The position numbers were made by a program, and so were the translations under genes. The notes under the pieces were generated by a model. It searched no databases, was not told the origin of the DNA, and saw only the letters and a program-made list of their open reading frames with translations. This document shows, piece after piece, positions 31,759-41,384 of a stretch of 64,000 nt of DNA (within the stretch, counting starts at the first letter, position 1; every line of letters begins with the position of its first letter). Source of the stretch: an uncultured Gemmatimonadales bacterium (GTDB lineage: Bacteria > Gemmatimonadota > Gemmatimonadetes > Longimicrobiales > Gaopeijiaceae); assembly GCA_963809895.1 (NCBI GenBank), contig CAWELD010000003.1:768001-832000 (forward strand). Direction: 5' to 3'.

Positions 31759-32793
31759 ATGAGCGACGAAAGCACGCTGGTGGAGGAGTTGCGGGGGCTG
31801 GAGAAGGGGGCGCTGGAGGCCCTCTCCGAGGCGTCCGATACGGAGGCGGTGGAGGCGGTCCGCATCGAGTATCTGGGCCGCAAGGACGGGCGTATCTCGT
31901 CGGTCCTGCGCAAGCTGGGATCCCTGGACCCCGAAGCCCGACCCACGGTGGGTGCGGAGGCCAACCGGGTGAAGGGTGCGCTGACCACCGCGCTCGAGGA
32001 GAGACTCGCGGCCCTGGCCGACGGAGGTCGCGCGGGAGGACCGACCGTGGACCTCACGCTCCCGGGCCGGCGTCCGTGGACCGGCGGGCTCCATCCCGTC
32101 ACCCGGGTCATGGACGAGATCTGGGAGATCTTCCGCGACCTGGGCTTCAGCAGGGCACGAGGTCCCGAGGCCGAGACCGAATGGTACAACTTCGAGGCGC
32201 TCAACACGCCGCTGGACCATCCGGCTGCCGATGAGCAGGACACGCTCTACCTGAAGGATTCGGTCCTGCTCCGCAGCCACACGTCGCCGGTGCAGATCCG
32301 CACGCTGGAGGCCTACGAGCCCCCCGTGCGCATCTTGGCGCCGGGCTGGGTCTATCGCCGCGACACCTACGACGCCACGCACACGCCGGCCTTCCTGCAG
32401 ATCGAGGGCCTGGTGGTGGACGAGGGCATCAGCTTCGTCGATTTCAAGGCGACCCTGGCCGAGTTCGCCCGCCGCCTCTGGGGTCCGGGCACCGAGGTCC
32501 GCTTCCGGCCCTCGTTCTTCCCGTTCACCGAGCCCAGCGCCGAAGTGGACGTCAAACGCCACATTCCACAGCCCGACGGCACCAGCCGCGAGACCGACTG
32601 GCTCGAGATCATGGGGTGCGGCATGGTGGATCCGGCGGTGCTGGAGAACGCGGGGCTGGATCCGGAGCGCTACACCGGCTTCGCCTTCGGCATGGGACCG
32701 GGACGCATCGCCAAGCTCAAGTACGACGTGGACGACCTGAGGACCTTCTTCGAAAACGACATGCGCTTCCTGGCGCAGTTCGCGGAGCGCTGA
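31759..32793 (+). CDS. pheS: phenylalanine--tRNA ligase alpha subunit
   Basis: NFEALN..HPA, LRSHTSPVQ, FRPSFFPFTEPSAE, GFAFGMG. Confidence 0.98.
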   Translation: MSDESTLVEELRGLEKGALEALSEASDTEAVEAVRIEYLGRKDGRISSVLRKLGSLDPEARPTVGAEANRVKGALTTALEERLAALADGGRAGGPTVDLTLPGRRPWTGGLHPVTRVMDEIWEIFRDLGFSRARGPEAETEWYNFEALNTPLDHPAADEQDTLYLKDSVLLRSHTSPVQIRTLEAYEPPVRILAPGWVYRRDTYDATHTPAFLQIEGLVVDEGISFVDFKATLAEFARRLWGPGTEVRFRPSFFPFTEPSAEVDVKRHIPQPDGTSRETDWLEIMGCGMVDPAVLENAGLDPERYTGFAFGMGPGRIAKLKYDVDDLRTFFENDMRFLAQFAER

Positions 32794-32794
32794 C

Positions 32795-35200
32795 ATGAAC
32801 ATCTCGTATGCGTGGCTCCGGGCCATGGCTCCGGGGCTCACCGACGACCCCGAATCCCTCGCCGAACGCCTTGCGCTGCTGGGCGCGCCGGTGGAAGGGA
32901 CCGACTCGCTGGGCGAGGATCTGGCCGAGATCGTGGTGGCCCGCGTGGTGGAGGCCGGACCCCACCCCAACGCCGACCGCCTGTCTCTGTGCCAGGTCGA
33001 CGCCGGGGGCGGTGAGATCCTGTCCGTGGTGTGCGGTGCTCCCAACGTACGGAGCGGCGGGTTCTATCCCTTCGTGCCGGTGGGGGCCACGCTCCCCGGC
33101 GGTATGAAGATTCGCAAGGCCAAGATCCGGGGTGAGGTGTCGAACGGTATGCTCTGCTCGCCCAAGGAGTTGGGGCTGGGCGTAGACCACAGCGGCATCC
33201 TGGAGCTCCACGGCGAGTACGAGCCGGGCGAGTCGTTCGTGGAGGCGTTGGGACTGGCAGACGTGCGCATGGAGGTCGAGGTCACGGCGAACCGGGGCGA
33301 CCTGCTTTCGCACGTGGGTGTGGCCCGCGAGGTGGCGCCCGACGGCGTCGCAGGGGTGGAGCTTCCGCCCATTCCCGGGGCTCCGGCCGTCGAGCTGACG
33401 CTGGAGAGCCATCCCGAGCAGGTGGAGGTGGACGGCGTCACCGTGCGCATCGACGAGCCCGCCCGCTGCCGGCGCTTCCTGGGTGCCGTGATCCGGGGCG
33501 TGACGGTGGGGCCCTCGCCCGACTGGCTGCAGGCGCGCCTGCGGTCGGTGGGCGCCCGGCCCATCAACAACGTGGTGGACGCCACCAACTACGTGCTCTT
33601 CGAGCTGGGCCAGCCCACGCACGCCTACGACCTGAAGGAGCTGCGTGGCGGCTCGGTCATCACGCGCATGGCCCGGTCCGGCGAGCCGGTGCTCACCCTG
33701 GACGGCGTGGAGCGCACCCTGAGCGACGACATGCTGGTCATCGCCGACGCCGAGCGCACGGTGGACGTCGCGGGAATCATGGGCGAGGAGACCTCGTCGG
33801 TGACCGCCGCCACCGCCGATGTCTTCCTGGAGTGCGCGCACTTCGAGCCTCGGGGGATCCGCAACACCAAGAAGGCGCTGGGCATCCAGTCCGACGCCGG
33901 CTACCGCTTCGAGCGTTTCGTGGACCCCACCGGCCAGGAGCGGGCACTCAAGCGGGTGTTGGAGATCATCCTGGCCACCGCCGGTGGCACGCTCCATCCG
34001 GTGGCGGCCGACGTGCACCCCGAGCCGTGGACGCTGCAGCGGGTGGAGCTGCGCCTGGCGCGTGTCGAACGGCTGCTGGGCGTGCCGTTCACCGTGCCCG
34101 AGGTGAAGACGCTGCTGACGCCCCTGGGCTTCGAGATCGTGGCCGAGGACGGCGACGTCCTGACCGTGGAGGTGCCCGGTTGGCGGGGCTACGACGTGAC
34201 CCGCGAGGTGGACCTCATCGAGGAGATCGCCCGCCGGCACGGATTCGACAACTTCCCCTCCGACCTGGGGCCGTTCCGCCCCAACCGCGTTCCGGACCAT
34301 CCTCTCTTCCAGTTGGAGGACGGCCTGCGTGCGCTGCTGGTCGGCCACGGCCTGTTCGAGGCCCAGACGCCCGCCTTCGTGCCCGCTTCGGAGGGCGAGG
34401 TGGAGCTGTCCAACCCGCTGTCGCGCGAGGAGCCCGTGCTGCGCCGGGTGCTGCTGCCGTCGCTGGCGCGACGCCTGGAGCGAAATCTCGCCCGGGGCGT
34501 GCGTGACGTGCGGCTCTTCGAGCTGGGGACCGCCTTCCACGCCGCCGGCGCCGGCGAGCCTCCGGCGGAGGACGCGCGCCTTTCCGCCGTGCTCACCGGC
34601 CGTCGGGAGCCGCTCCACTGGTCGGGGTCCGAGGCGCCGTTGGACGTCTGGGATCTCAAGGGACTCCTGGAGGCGGTGGTGTCGCACGCGCGGCCCGAAG
34701 CCCGGCTGGTCGCCGGCGCGCCCGAGGGCCGGGGGATCGTGCCCGGCGAGGGCTGGACGGTGCTCGACGACGAGGACCGGGTGATGGGGTGGGGTGGGCG
34801 CCTGGAGCCCGGCGGGCTGGACCTCCCGCCGTGGGCAGGCGACGTGCTGGGCCTCGAGTTGACGCTGCCGGCGGTGCCGTCGCCGCGTCCGGACCCCCAC
34901 TTCCAGCCGTTGCCCGCCTTCCCGGCGGTGGAGCGCGACGTGGCACTGCTCGTGCCCGACCAGGTGCCCCAGGCGCGGGTGGACGAGGTGGCGCGGGAGG
35001 CGGGTGGCGCGCTGCTCGCGGACCTGGAGGTGTTCGATCTCTTCCGCGGCGAAGGCGTGCCCGCGGGCGTGCGTTCTCTGGCCCACCGCTTCCGCTTCCG
35101 CTCGCAGGAACGTACCCTCACGGATGAGGAGGTGGAGCGGGCGATCCGCGCCATCCTGGACCGACTCGGGGAGGAGCTGGGTGTCCACGTCCGAGGATAG
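32795..35200 (+). CDS. pheT: phenylalanine--tRNA ligase beta subunit
   Basis: HPNADRL, VCGAPN, NRGDLLSH, NNVVDATNYV, REVDLIEE, RDVA, RTLTD. Confidence 0.98.
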   Translation: MNISYAWLRAMAPGLTDDPESLAERLALLGAPVEGTDSLGEDLAEIVVARVVEAGPHPNADRLSLCQVDAGGGEILSVVCGAPNVRSGGFYPFVPVGATLPGGMKIRKAKIRGEVSNGMLCSPKELGLGVDHSGILELHGEYEPGESFVEALGLADVRMEVEVTANRGDLLSHVGVAREVAPDGVAGVELPPIPGAPAVELTLESHPEQVEVDGVTVRIDEPARCRRFLGAVIRGVTVGPSPDWLQARLRSVGARPINNVVDATNYVLFELGQPTHAYDLKELRGGSVITRMARSGEPVLTLDGVERTLSDDMLVIADAERTVDVAGIMGEETSSVTAATADVFLECAHFEPRGIRNTKKALGIQSDAGYRFERFVDPTGQERALKRVLEIILATAGGTLHPVAADVHPEPWTLQRVELRLARVERLLGVPFTVPEVKTLLTPLGFEIVAEDGDVLTVEVPGWRGYDVTREVDLIEEIARRHGFDNFPSDLGPFRPNRVPDHPLFQLEDGLRALLVGHGLFEAQTPAFVPASEGEVELSNPLSREEPVLRRVLLPSLARRLERNLARGVRDVRLFELGTAFHAAGAGEPPAEDARLSAVLTGRREPLHWSGSEAPLDVWDLKGLLEAVVSHARPEARLVAGAPEGRGIVPGEGWTVLDDEDRVMGWGGRLEPGGLDLPPWAGDVLGLELTLPAVPSPRPDPHFQPLPAFPAVERDVALLVPDQVPQARVDEVAREAGGALLADLEVFDLFRGEGVPAGVRSLAHRFRFRSQERTLTDEEVERAIRAILDRLGEELGVHVRG

Positions 35201-35495
35201 GAGCGAGAACGGCGCCGAGCGCGCCGCGTTGCAGGCCCTGGAAGGAGCGGTGGGGAAGCTCCTGGATCAGGTACGCGCCCTGAGCACGCGCGTCGAGAAG
35301 GCAGACGCGCGCCGGGACGAGGTGGAGGACCTGCTCCGGCGCATCACCGCCGGCGACGAGAACCCGGCCCAGCTCCATGGGCGGGTCCGGGACCTGGAGA
35401 ACGAGAACGCGGATCTGCGCGAGCGGCTCGACGAGGGCCGGGAGGGCGTAGAGCGCCTCCTGGCGAAGATCCGCTTCCTGGAGGACCAACGGTGA
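35181..35495 (+). CDS. coiled-coil cell division protein, ZapB-like
   Basis: GTG start after GAGGAG; all-helical heptad pattern; located between pheT and zapA. Confidence 0.65.
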   Translation: MSTSEDRSENGAERAALQALEGAVGKLLDQVRALSTRVEKADARRDEVEDLLRRITAGDENPAQLHGRVRDLENENADLRERLDEGREGVERLLAKIRFLEDQR

Positions 35496-35505
35496 GAGGC
35501 CCGTC

Positions 35506-35793
35506 ATGACCGACAAGCACTCCGTCACCGTGCGTATCGCGGGCGAGGAGTACGCCATCCGCGCCAGCGCCGAGGCGGACTACACCAGGTCGTGCGCACG
35601 CTACGTCGACGACCGCATCGCCGAGATCCGCAACCGCTCCGGTCTCGTGGAGACCCACAAGGCGGCAATCCTGGCCGCGCTCTCCATCACCGACGAGTAC
35701 TACCAGGCCCGCGAGGAGCTGGACAAGCTGCGCAAGGAAGTGGCGTCCAGGGCCACGAACCTGGTGAAGCGCATCGAGGCCGAGGTGGGCTGA
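35506..35793 (+). CDS. zapA: cell division protein ZapA
   Basis: VTVRIAGEEY.I, A.YVDDRI, AILAALSI.DE; pheT-zapA-rny synteny. Confidence 0.92.
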   Translation: MTDKHSVTVRIAGEEYAIRASAEADYTRSCARYVDDRIAEIRNRSGLVETHKAAILAALSITDEYYQAREELDKLRKEVASRATNLVKRIEAEVG

Positions 35794-35799
35794 GCCCGT

Positions 35800-35945
35800 T
35801 CCCCCCGCCCCCGCGGCTTGCGAAGCGGCGCCCGCGAAACCTATCCTGAGCCATACTTTACGGTGTCCTCTGGAGGACGGGTCCTCCGGATCGGCACATA
35901 TCGACACCCACCCTCGGGCGCTCAGCGTCCGATTCAGGGAGTGAA
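35800..35945 (+). ncRNA. candidate 6S RNA (ssrS-like)
   Basis: Located between zapA and rny; CTGAGC/GCTCAG stem, AU-rich bubble CATACTTTAC, GGTGTC/GACACC stem followed by CACC, inner GGAGGA/TCCTCC hairpin. Ends uncertain. Confidence 0.5.
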
Positions 35946-35948
35946 TAC

Positions 35949-37526
35949 ATGGGATCCCCGCTGCTGATTGGGCTGGCGGCGGTCCTCGGTGTGCTCGTGG
36001 GCGGGTCGATCGGATTCGCCCTCGCCCGTAGTCGGGACAAGGCCCGCCGGGAACGAGAGAAGGCCGCGGCGGAGGACGACGCTTCACGCATCCTCCAGCG
36101 AGCTCAGGAAGAAGCCGACAATCTGCGCCGGACGGGTGAGCTGGCCGGGAAGGACCAGGCCATTCAGCTCCGGGAGGCGTGGGAGCGGGAGGAATCCCGC
36201 CGTCGCGAGGACCTGGAGCGCCTGGAGCGGCGTCTCGAAGAGCGAGCCGACAGCCTGGACCGCAAGTTCGATGTCCTGGACGAGCGGGAGCAGGGCCAGG
36301 AGGCCCGCTTCCGCGAGATCGAGGAACGCGACGATCAGCTCCGCGGCCGCGAAACCGAGGTGGAGCGCGTCGCCGAGGAAGCTCGTCGCAAGCTGGAATC
36401 CCTCGCCGGCATGTCGTCGCAGGAGGCCAGGAAGAAGCTCATGGACGACCTGGTCGACGAGGCCAGGGCCGAGGCGTCCAACACCCTGCGCGAGGTCAAG
36501 GAAGAGGCCCAGCGCACGGCCGATCGCGAGGCCAAGAAGATCCTGGGCCTCGCCATTCAGCGCATGGCCGCCGAGACCACCGCCGAGATGACCGTCTCCG
36601 TGGTCCAGCTCCCGTCCGACGAGATGAAGGGCCGCATCATCGGCCGCGAAGGCCGTAATATCCGCGCCTTCGAGCAGGCCACCGGCATCGACGTCATCAT
36701 CGACGACACCCCGGAGGCCGTGGTCCTGTCCGGCTTCGACCCCGTGCGGCGCGAGGTGGCCCGCATCGCCCTGGAGCATCTGATCGAGGACGGGCGCATC
36801 CATCCGGGCCGCATCGAGGAAATGGTCGACAAGGCGTCGAAGCAGGTCGAAGAGACCATGGTCGAGGCCGCCGAGGAGATCCTCTACGAGCTGGGCATCC
36901 ACAACGTGCACCCGGAGATCGTCAAGGTCCTGGGACGACTCAAGTTCCGCACCTCGTACGGGCAGAATCAGCTCCAGCACGCCCGCGAGGTAGCACTGCT
37001 GGCTGGCAGCATGGCCGCCGAGATGAACCTCGACGTCCAGGCGACCAAGCGCGCAGCCATCCTGCACGACGTGGGCAAAGGGCTCACGCACGAGCAGGAG
37101 GGCACCCACGTCGAGCTCGGTTGGCGGCTGTGCAAGAAGCACAACGAGAGCGAGATCGTGCTCAACGCCATCAAGGCCCACCACGACGAGGAGCCCCACC
37201 GCTTTCCCGAGACCTTCCTGGTCACGGCGGCGGATGCCATCAGCGGCTCCCGACCCGGAGCGCGGCGCGAGATGTTCGAGGGCTACGTCAAGCGCCTGGA
37301 GAAGCTGGAGGAGCTGGCCATGGACCAGCCGGGCGTGGAGCGCTGCTACGCCATCCAGGCCGGGCGTGAGCTCCGGGTCATGGTGGAGCCCGAGAAGGTG
37401 AGCGATGCCGAGATGGCCCAGATCTCCGAGCGGGTGGCGCGCAAGATCGAGGAGGAGCTGCAATACCCGGGGCAGATCAAGATCGTGGTCATCCGGGAGA
37501 CCCGGGCGGTGGACTTCGCACGTTGA
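35949..37526 (+). CDS. rny: ribonuclease Y
   Basis: N-terminal TM, coiled coil, KH domain ([14 protein letters not shown]), HD domain (LHDVGK), [19 protein letters not shown]. Confidence 0.98.
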   Translation: MGSPLLIGLAAVLGVLVGGSIGFALARSRDKARREREKAAAEDDASRILQRAQEEADNLRRTGELAGKDQAIQLREAWEREESRRREDLERLERRLEERADSLDRKFDVLDEREQGQEARFREIEERDDQLRGRETEVERVAEEARRKLESLAGMSSQEARKKLMDDLVDEARAEASNTLREVKEEAQRTADREAKKILGLAIQRMAAETTAEMTVSVVQLPSDEMKGRIIGREGRNIRAFEQATGIDVIIDDTPEAVVLSGFDPVRREVARIALEHLIEDGRIHPGRIEEMVDKASKQVEETMVEAAEEILYELGIHNVHPEIVKVLGRLKFRTSYGQNQLQHAREVALLAGSMAAEMNLDVQATKRAAILHDVGKGLTHEQEGTHVELGWRLCKKHNESEIVLNAIKAHHDEEPHRFPETFLVTAADAISGSRPGARREMFEGYVKRLEKLEELAMDQPGVERCYAIQAGRELRVMVEPEKVSDAEMAQISERVARKIEEELQYPGQIKIVVIRETRAVDFAR

Positions 37527-37747
37527 AGCCCGCCCCCGGTGACCCGACGTCGCCTCCGCGGCGGCGTCCCCTGGATCCCTTCGAAGCGGTGCCGGAGCAC
37601 GTGGACGCCCGGGGCCGCCGCTTCCGCTCGGGGATCAACTTCGTTCCTCAGGACGAACCGTTATATTCGCCCGAGGTCGCCCCGGGAGGGGCACCTCGCC
37701 CTCCCACCGATTCCAATACCGAAATCAACGAAGATCGAGGAACGCGG

Positions 37748-38644
37748 ATGTCCGCCAAACTCATATCAGGACGAGAGATCGCCGCCGATATCCGGGCCGA
37801 GGTGAAGGAGCGGGTGGCCGAGCTCAAGGCTTCCCAGGACCTGGTCCCCGGCCTGGCCACCGTGCTCGTGGGAGAGGATCCCGCCAGCCAGCTCTACGTG
37901 GGGATGAAGAACAAGGCCGCCAAAGAGGCGGGCATACACTCGAAGCAGATCACGCTGCCCGCCGACACGTCGGAGGAGGAGCTGCTGGGCCTGATCGCCG
38001 GGCTCAACGCCGATCCCGAGATCCACGGGATCCTCGTGCAGCTCCCGTTGCCGGAGCAGATCGACGAGCAGAAGGTCCTGCTGGCCGTGGATCCGGACAA
38101 GGACGTGGACGGCTTCCACCCCGTGAACGTCGGACGCCTGGCCACCGGTGATCCCCACGTGCTGGCACCCTGCACGCCCCGCGGCGTCGTGGAGATGCTC
38201 CTGCGCACGGGCAACGACCCCAGGGGCAAGCACGTGGTGGTGGTGGGCCGCTCGAACATCGTCGGACGGCCCATGGCCTCGCTGCTGCTGCGCCGCGGCC
38301 GGGGTGGCGATGCCACGGTCACGGTGGCGCACTCGCGCACCGCGGATCTCGGCGCCATGACGCGCCTCGCCGACATCATCATCGTGGCGGTGGGCCGGCC
38401 GGCGACCATCACCCGGGACATGGTGAAGCCGGGCGCCGTGGTCATCGACGTGGGCACGAACCGCGTGGATGCGCCGGATACGGAGCGTGGCTACCGCGTC
38501 GTGGGTGACGTGGACTTCGACGCGGTGAGCGAGGTGGCGTCGTGGATCACGCCGGTGCCCGGCGGCGTGGGCCCCATGACCATCGCCATGCTGCTGTCCA
38601 ACACCGTGGACGCCGCCGAGGCGCTCCGGGCCCAGGGGCGGTGA
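37748..38644 (+). CDS. folD: methylenetetrahydrofolate dehydrogenase/cyclohydrolase
   Basis: Start [54 protein letters not shown]. Confidence 0.97.
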   Translation: MSAKLISGREIAADIRAEVKERVAELKASQDLVPGLATVLVGEDPASQLYVGMKNKAAKEAGIHSKQITLPADTSEEELLGLIAGLNADPEIHGILVQLPLPEQIDEQKVLLAVDPDKDVDGFHPVNVGRLATGDPHVLAPCTPRGVVEMLLRTGNDPRGKHVVVVGRSNIVGRPMASLLLRRGRGGDATVTVAHSRTADLGAMTRLADIIIVAVGRPATITRDMVKPGAVVIDVGTNRVDAPDTERGYRVVGDVDFDAVSEVASWITPVPGGVGPMTIAMLLSNTVDAAEALRAQGR

Positions 38645-40098
38645 GCGACGACACGCTGAACCTGGACCTCTTCGGCGAAGAGGCCGACGGCGATTCCCAG
38701 GACGACGCCGGGGCAGGGGAGTCCGAGGACGCCGGAGCGCAGGTGGAGTCGGCGCCGGCGGCGGAGCCGGTAGCCACCGCGGACGTGGCGCCCGAGCCCG
38801 CGGAGGAAGCCGAGGCGGGAACGGCACCGGACGTGTGGACGGTCTCGCAGGTGAACCGAGCGGTGCGCAACCTCCTGGAGAGCCAGCTCCCGGCGCTCTG
38901 GGTCTCGGGAGAGGTCGCCAACTGGAAGCGCGCCCGCTCGGGCCACTGCTACTTCACGTTGAAGGACGAGAACGCCCAGCTCCGCTGCGTCATGTGGCGG
39001 AGCGACGCGTCCCGTCTGCCCATGGATCCCGAAGACGGCATGGAGATCCGTGCCTTCGGCTCGCTCACGCTCTACGAGGTCCGCGGCGAATATCAGCTGG
39101 CCGTGCGGCGGCTGGAGGCCGAGGGTGCCGAGGGGCTGTGGCGTCTGGCCTTCGAGAAGCTACGCGCCAAGCTCGATGCCGAGGGCCTGCTGGCGGTGGA
39201 GCGCAAGCGGCCGGTGCCCCGTTTTCCGGCCAGCGTCGGCGTGGTGACCTCCACGACGGGGGCGGCCATCCGCGACATCCTCACGGTGCTGCGGCGGCGG
39301 GCTCCCTGGACCCGGGTCCTGATCCACGGCACCCGGGTCCAGGGCGAAGGGGCGGCGCTGGACGTGGCCCACGGCATCCGCACGCTGGCCGCCACCGGAC
39401 GGGTCGACGTCATCATCGTGGGCCGGGGCGGCGGGTCCATCGAGGATCTGTGGGCCTTCAACGAAGAGCCCGTGGCCCGGGCCATCGCGGTCTGTCCCGT
39501 GCCGGTGATATCCGCGGTGGGACACGAGGTGGACATCACCATCTCCGACCTGGTCGCGGACTTGCGAGCGCCGACGCCGTCGGCGGCCGCGGAGGCGGCG
39601 GTGGCCGACGGAGAATCCATCCTGGAGGCTCTGGGCCGGGTCGCGCCTCGGTTGCGCCGCGCCCTGCGTGCCTCGGTGGAGCGCCGCCGTCGGGCGGTGC
39701 GCGACGGGGTGCCCCGCCTGCGACGCTCGCTACGCGTGATGCTGGAACCGCGCCGGGCCGGTCTCGCGCGGGTACGCGCCAGCCTCGGCCGGGCCGTGGA
39801 GACCATGCTGGAGCGCCGCCGCCGGCGGGTGGCCGTCGAGGACCGCCTCGCCCGCGCCATGCGTGTGGCCGTGGAGGGCGAGCGCCGCCGCCTGGCCGGT
39901 CTGGCCGGACGGCTCGAGGCGCTCTCGCCGCTGTCCACCCTGCGACGAGGCTATGCGGTGCCCCTCACCCGCGATGGACACGTCCTGCGAGGCGTGGACG
40001 AATTCACCCCGGGCCGACAGTTCCTGCTGCGGGTGGTGGACGGTCGGGTGAGCTGTGAAGCCGGAACCATTCTGCACGACGACGAGAGGACCCCGTGA
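38641..40098 (+). CDS. xseA: exodeoxyribonuclease VII large subunit
   Basis: [50 protein letters not shown]; acidic low-complexity N-terminal extension. Confidence 0.96.
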   Translation: MSDDTLNLDLFGEEADGDSQDDAGAGESEDAGAQVESAPAAEPVATADVAPEPAEEAEAGTAPDVWTVSQVNRAVRNLLESQLPALWVSGEVANWKRARSGHCYFTLKDENAQLRCVMWRSDASRLPMDPEDGMEIRAFGSLTLYEVRGEYQLAVRRLEAEGAEGLWRLAFEKLRAKLDAEGLLAVERKRPVPRFPASVGVVTSTTGAAIRDILTVLRRRAPWTRVLIHGTRVQGEGAALDVAHGIRTLAATGRVDVIIVGRGGGSIEDLWAFNEEPVARAIAVCPVPVISAVGHEVDITISDLVADLRAPTPSAAAEAAVADGESILEALGRVAPRLRRALRASVERRRRAVRDGVPRLRRSLRVMLEPRRAGLARVRASLGRAVETMLERRRRRVAVEDRLARAMRVAVEGERRRLAGLAGRLEALSPLSTLRRGYAVPLTRDGHVLRGVDEFTPGRQFLLRVVDGRVSCEAGTILHDDERTP

Positions 40099-40355
40099 GC
40101 GACGACGTGGACAAGGGAACGTCAGACGGTGCCGCCGAGGCGCCTTCGCTGGAAGCACGCCTGAAGCGGCTGGAGGAGATCCTCGCCGCGCTGGAGGCCG
40201 ACGAGCTGGAGTTGGAGAAGGCGCTGGAGCTCTTCGAGGAGGGGGTGACCCACGTGCGCGCCGCCGAGCGCATCCTGGCCGAGACCGAGCTGCGTGTCGA
40301 GGAGCTCCTGGGTGAGGATGGCGAGACCCGGTCCTTTCACGAGGCCGAGGGGTGA
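40095..40355 (+). CDS. xseB: exodeoxyribonuclease VII small subunit
   Basis: LEEIL..LE....LEKALELFEEG; follows xseA. Confidence 0.93.
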   Translation: MSDDVDKGTSDGAAEAPSLEARLKRLEEILAALEADELELEKALELFEEGVTHVRAAERILAETELRVEELLGEDGETRSFHEAEG

Positions 40356-41266
40356 CCGCCACCGCAGACGTGGACCTGCAGGTGTACCTGCGCGCTCAGC
40401 GCGAACGTGTCGAGGCCGCCCTGGCCCGGGCCGCGAATGGCCACAGCCAGGCGCTGCCGGCACCGCTTGCCGAGGCCATGACCCACGGCCTCCTGTCCGG
40501 CGGAAAGCGCCTGCGCCCGATCCTGTGCATGGCGGCGTTCCAGGCCTGCAGCGACCGCGATCCCGGCGACGCGCTGGACGACCTCGCCGTCTCGCTGGAG
40601 ATCATTCACGCGTACTCGCTCATGCACGACGACCTGCCGTGCATGGACGACGCCGCGCTCCGGCGTGGGGTGCCCACTACGCACCGCGTTCACGGCGTGG
40701 CGCCCACCACCCTGGCCGGCGCCGTCATGATCCCTCTGGCCGCGGAGCAGGCGCTGCGCGGCGCCCGGGGACTGGGGCTCCCGGAGACCACGGCACGGAC
40801 CCTCGCACGGACCCTGATGGAGGCCTCCGGGGCCGGGGGGATGGTGGGTGGTCAGGCGCTGGACCTGCTGGGCGAGGGCCGCGCGCTGTCGGCCGAGGAG
40901 CTCGACGAGCTCCACCGCCTCAAGACCGGCGCCTTGCTGTCCGCCGCACCGCGCATGGGGGGAATCGCCGCCGGGGCGCCCGCACCGGTCGAGGAAGCGC
41001 TGGGCCGGTACGGGCGGCGCATCGGGCTGGCCTTCCAGATCGCCGACGATCTGCTGGATGCCACGGCATCGGTGGAGGAGCTGGGCAAGAATCCCAGCGA
41101 CACCCAGCTCGGCAAATCCACGTACGTGGCGCTGTACGGTCTGACGGAGGCGCGCCGGCGTGGAGACGAGCAGGTACGTGAGGCCCTCGAGGCGCTGGAT
41201 GCGGTGGCGCTGGCCGCGCCGCCCCTCCGCGCCCTGGCGGGCTACATCATGGAGCGGACCCATTGA
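40352..41266 (+). CDS. ispA: farnesyl/geranylgeranyl diphosphate synthase
   Basis: GGKRLRP, SLMHDDLPCMDD..LRRG, GMVGGQ, KTGAL, FQIADDLLD. Confidence 0.93.
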   Translation: MTATADVDLQVYLRAQRERVEAALARAANGHSQALPAPLAEAMTHGLLSGGKRLRPILCMAAFQACSDRDPGDALDDLAVSLEIIHAYSLMHDDLPCMDDAALRRGVPTTHRVHGVAPTTLAGAVMIPLAAEQALRGARGLGLPETTARTLARTLMEASGAGGMVGGQALDLLGEGRALSAEELDELHRLKTGALLSAAPRMGGIAAGAPAPVEEALGRYGRRIGLAFQIADDLLDATASVEELGKNPSDTQLGKSTYVALYGLTEARRRGDEQVREALEALDAVALAAPPLRALAGYIMERTH

Positions 41267-41384
41267 GCCCGGCTTCGCGGTGGGCGCACGGAGGCCGCTG
41301 GATTACCTTTGATTGCTGGACCGCGCCCCTGGCGACGGGGTAGCCGGTTCCGTTCCGCCGCGACGGCGGTGACCGAAAACGCAC

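Noticed and set aside
37523..37747. 75-aa N-terminal extension on FolD (similar extensions on porin, groES, nadK, xseA and pepX ORFs)
   Set aside because: Caused by the ORF caller taking the most upstream start; family similarity and SD sites point to the downstream starts.
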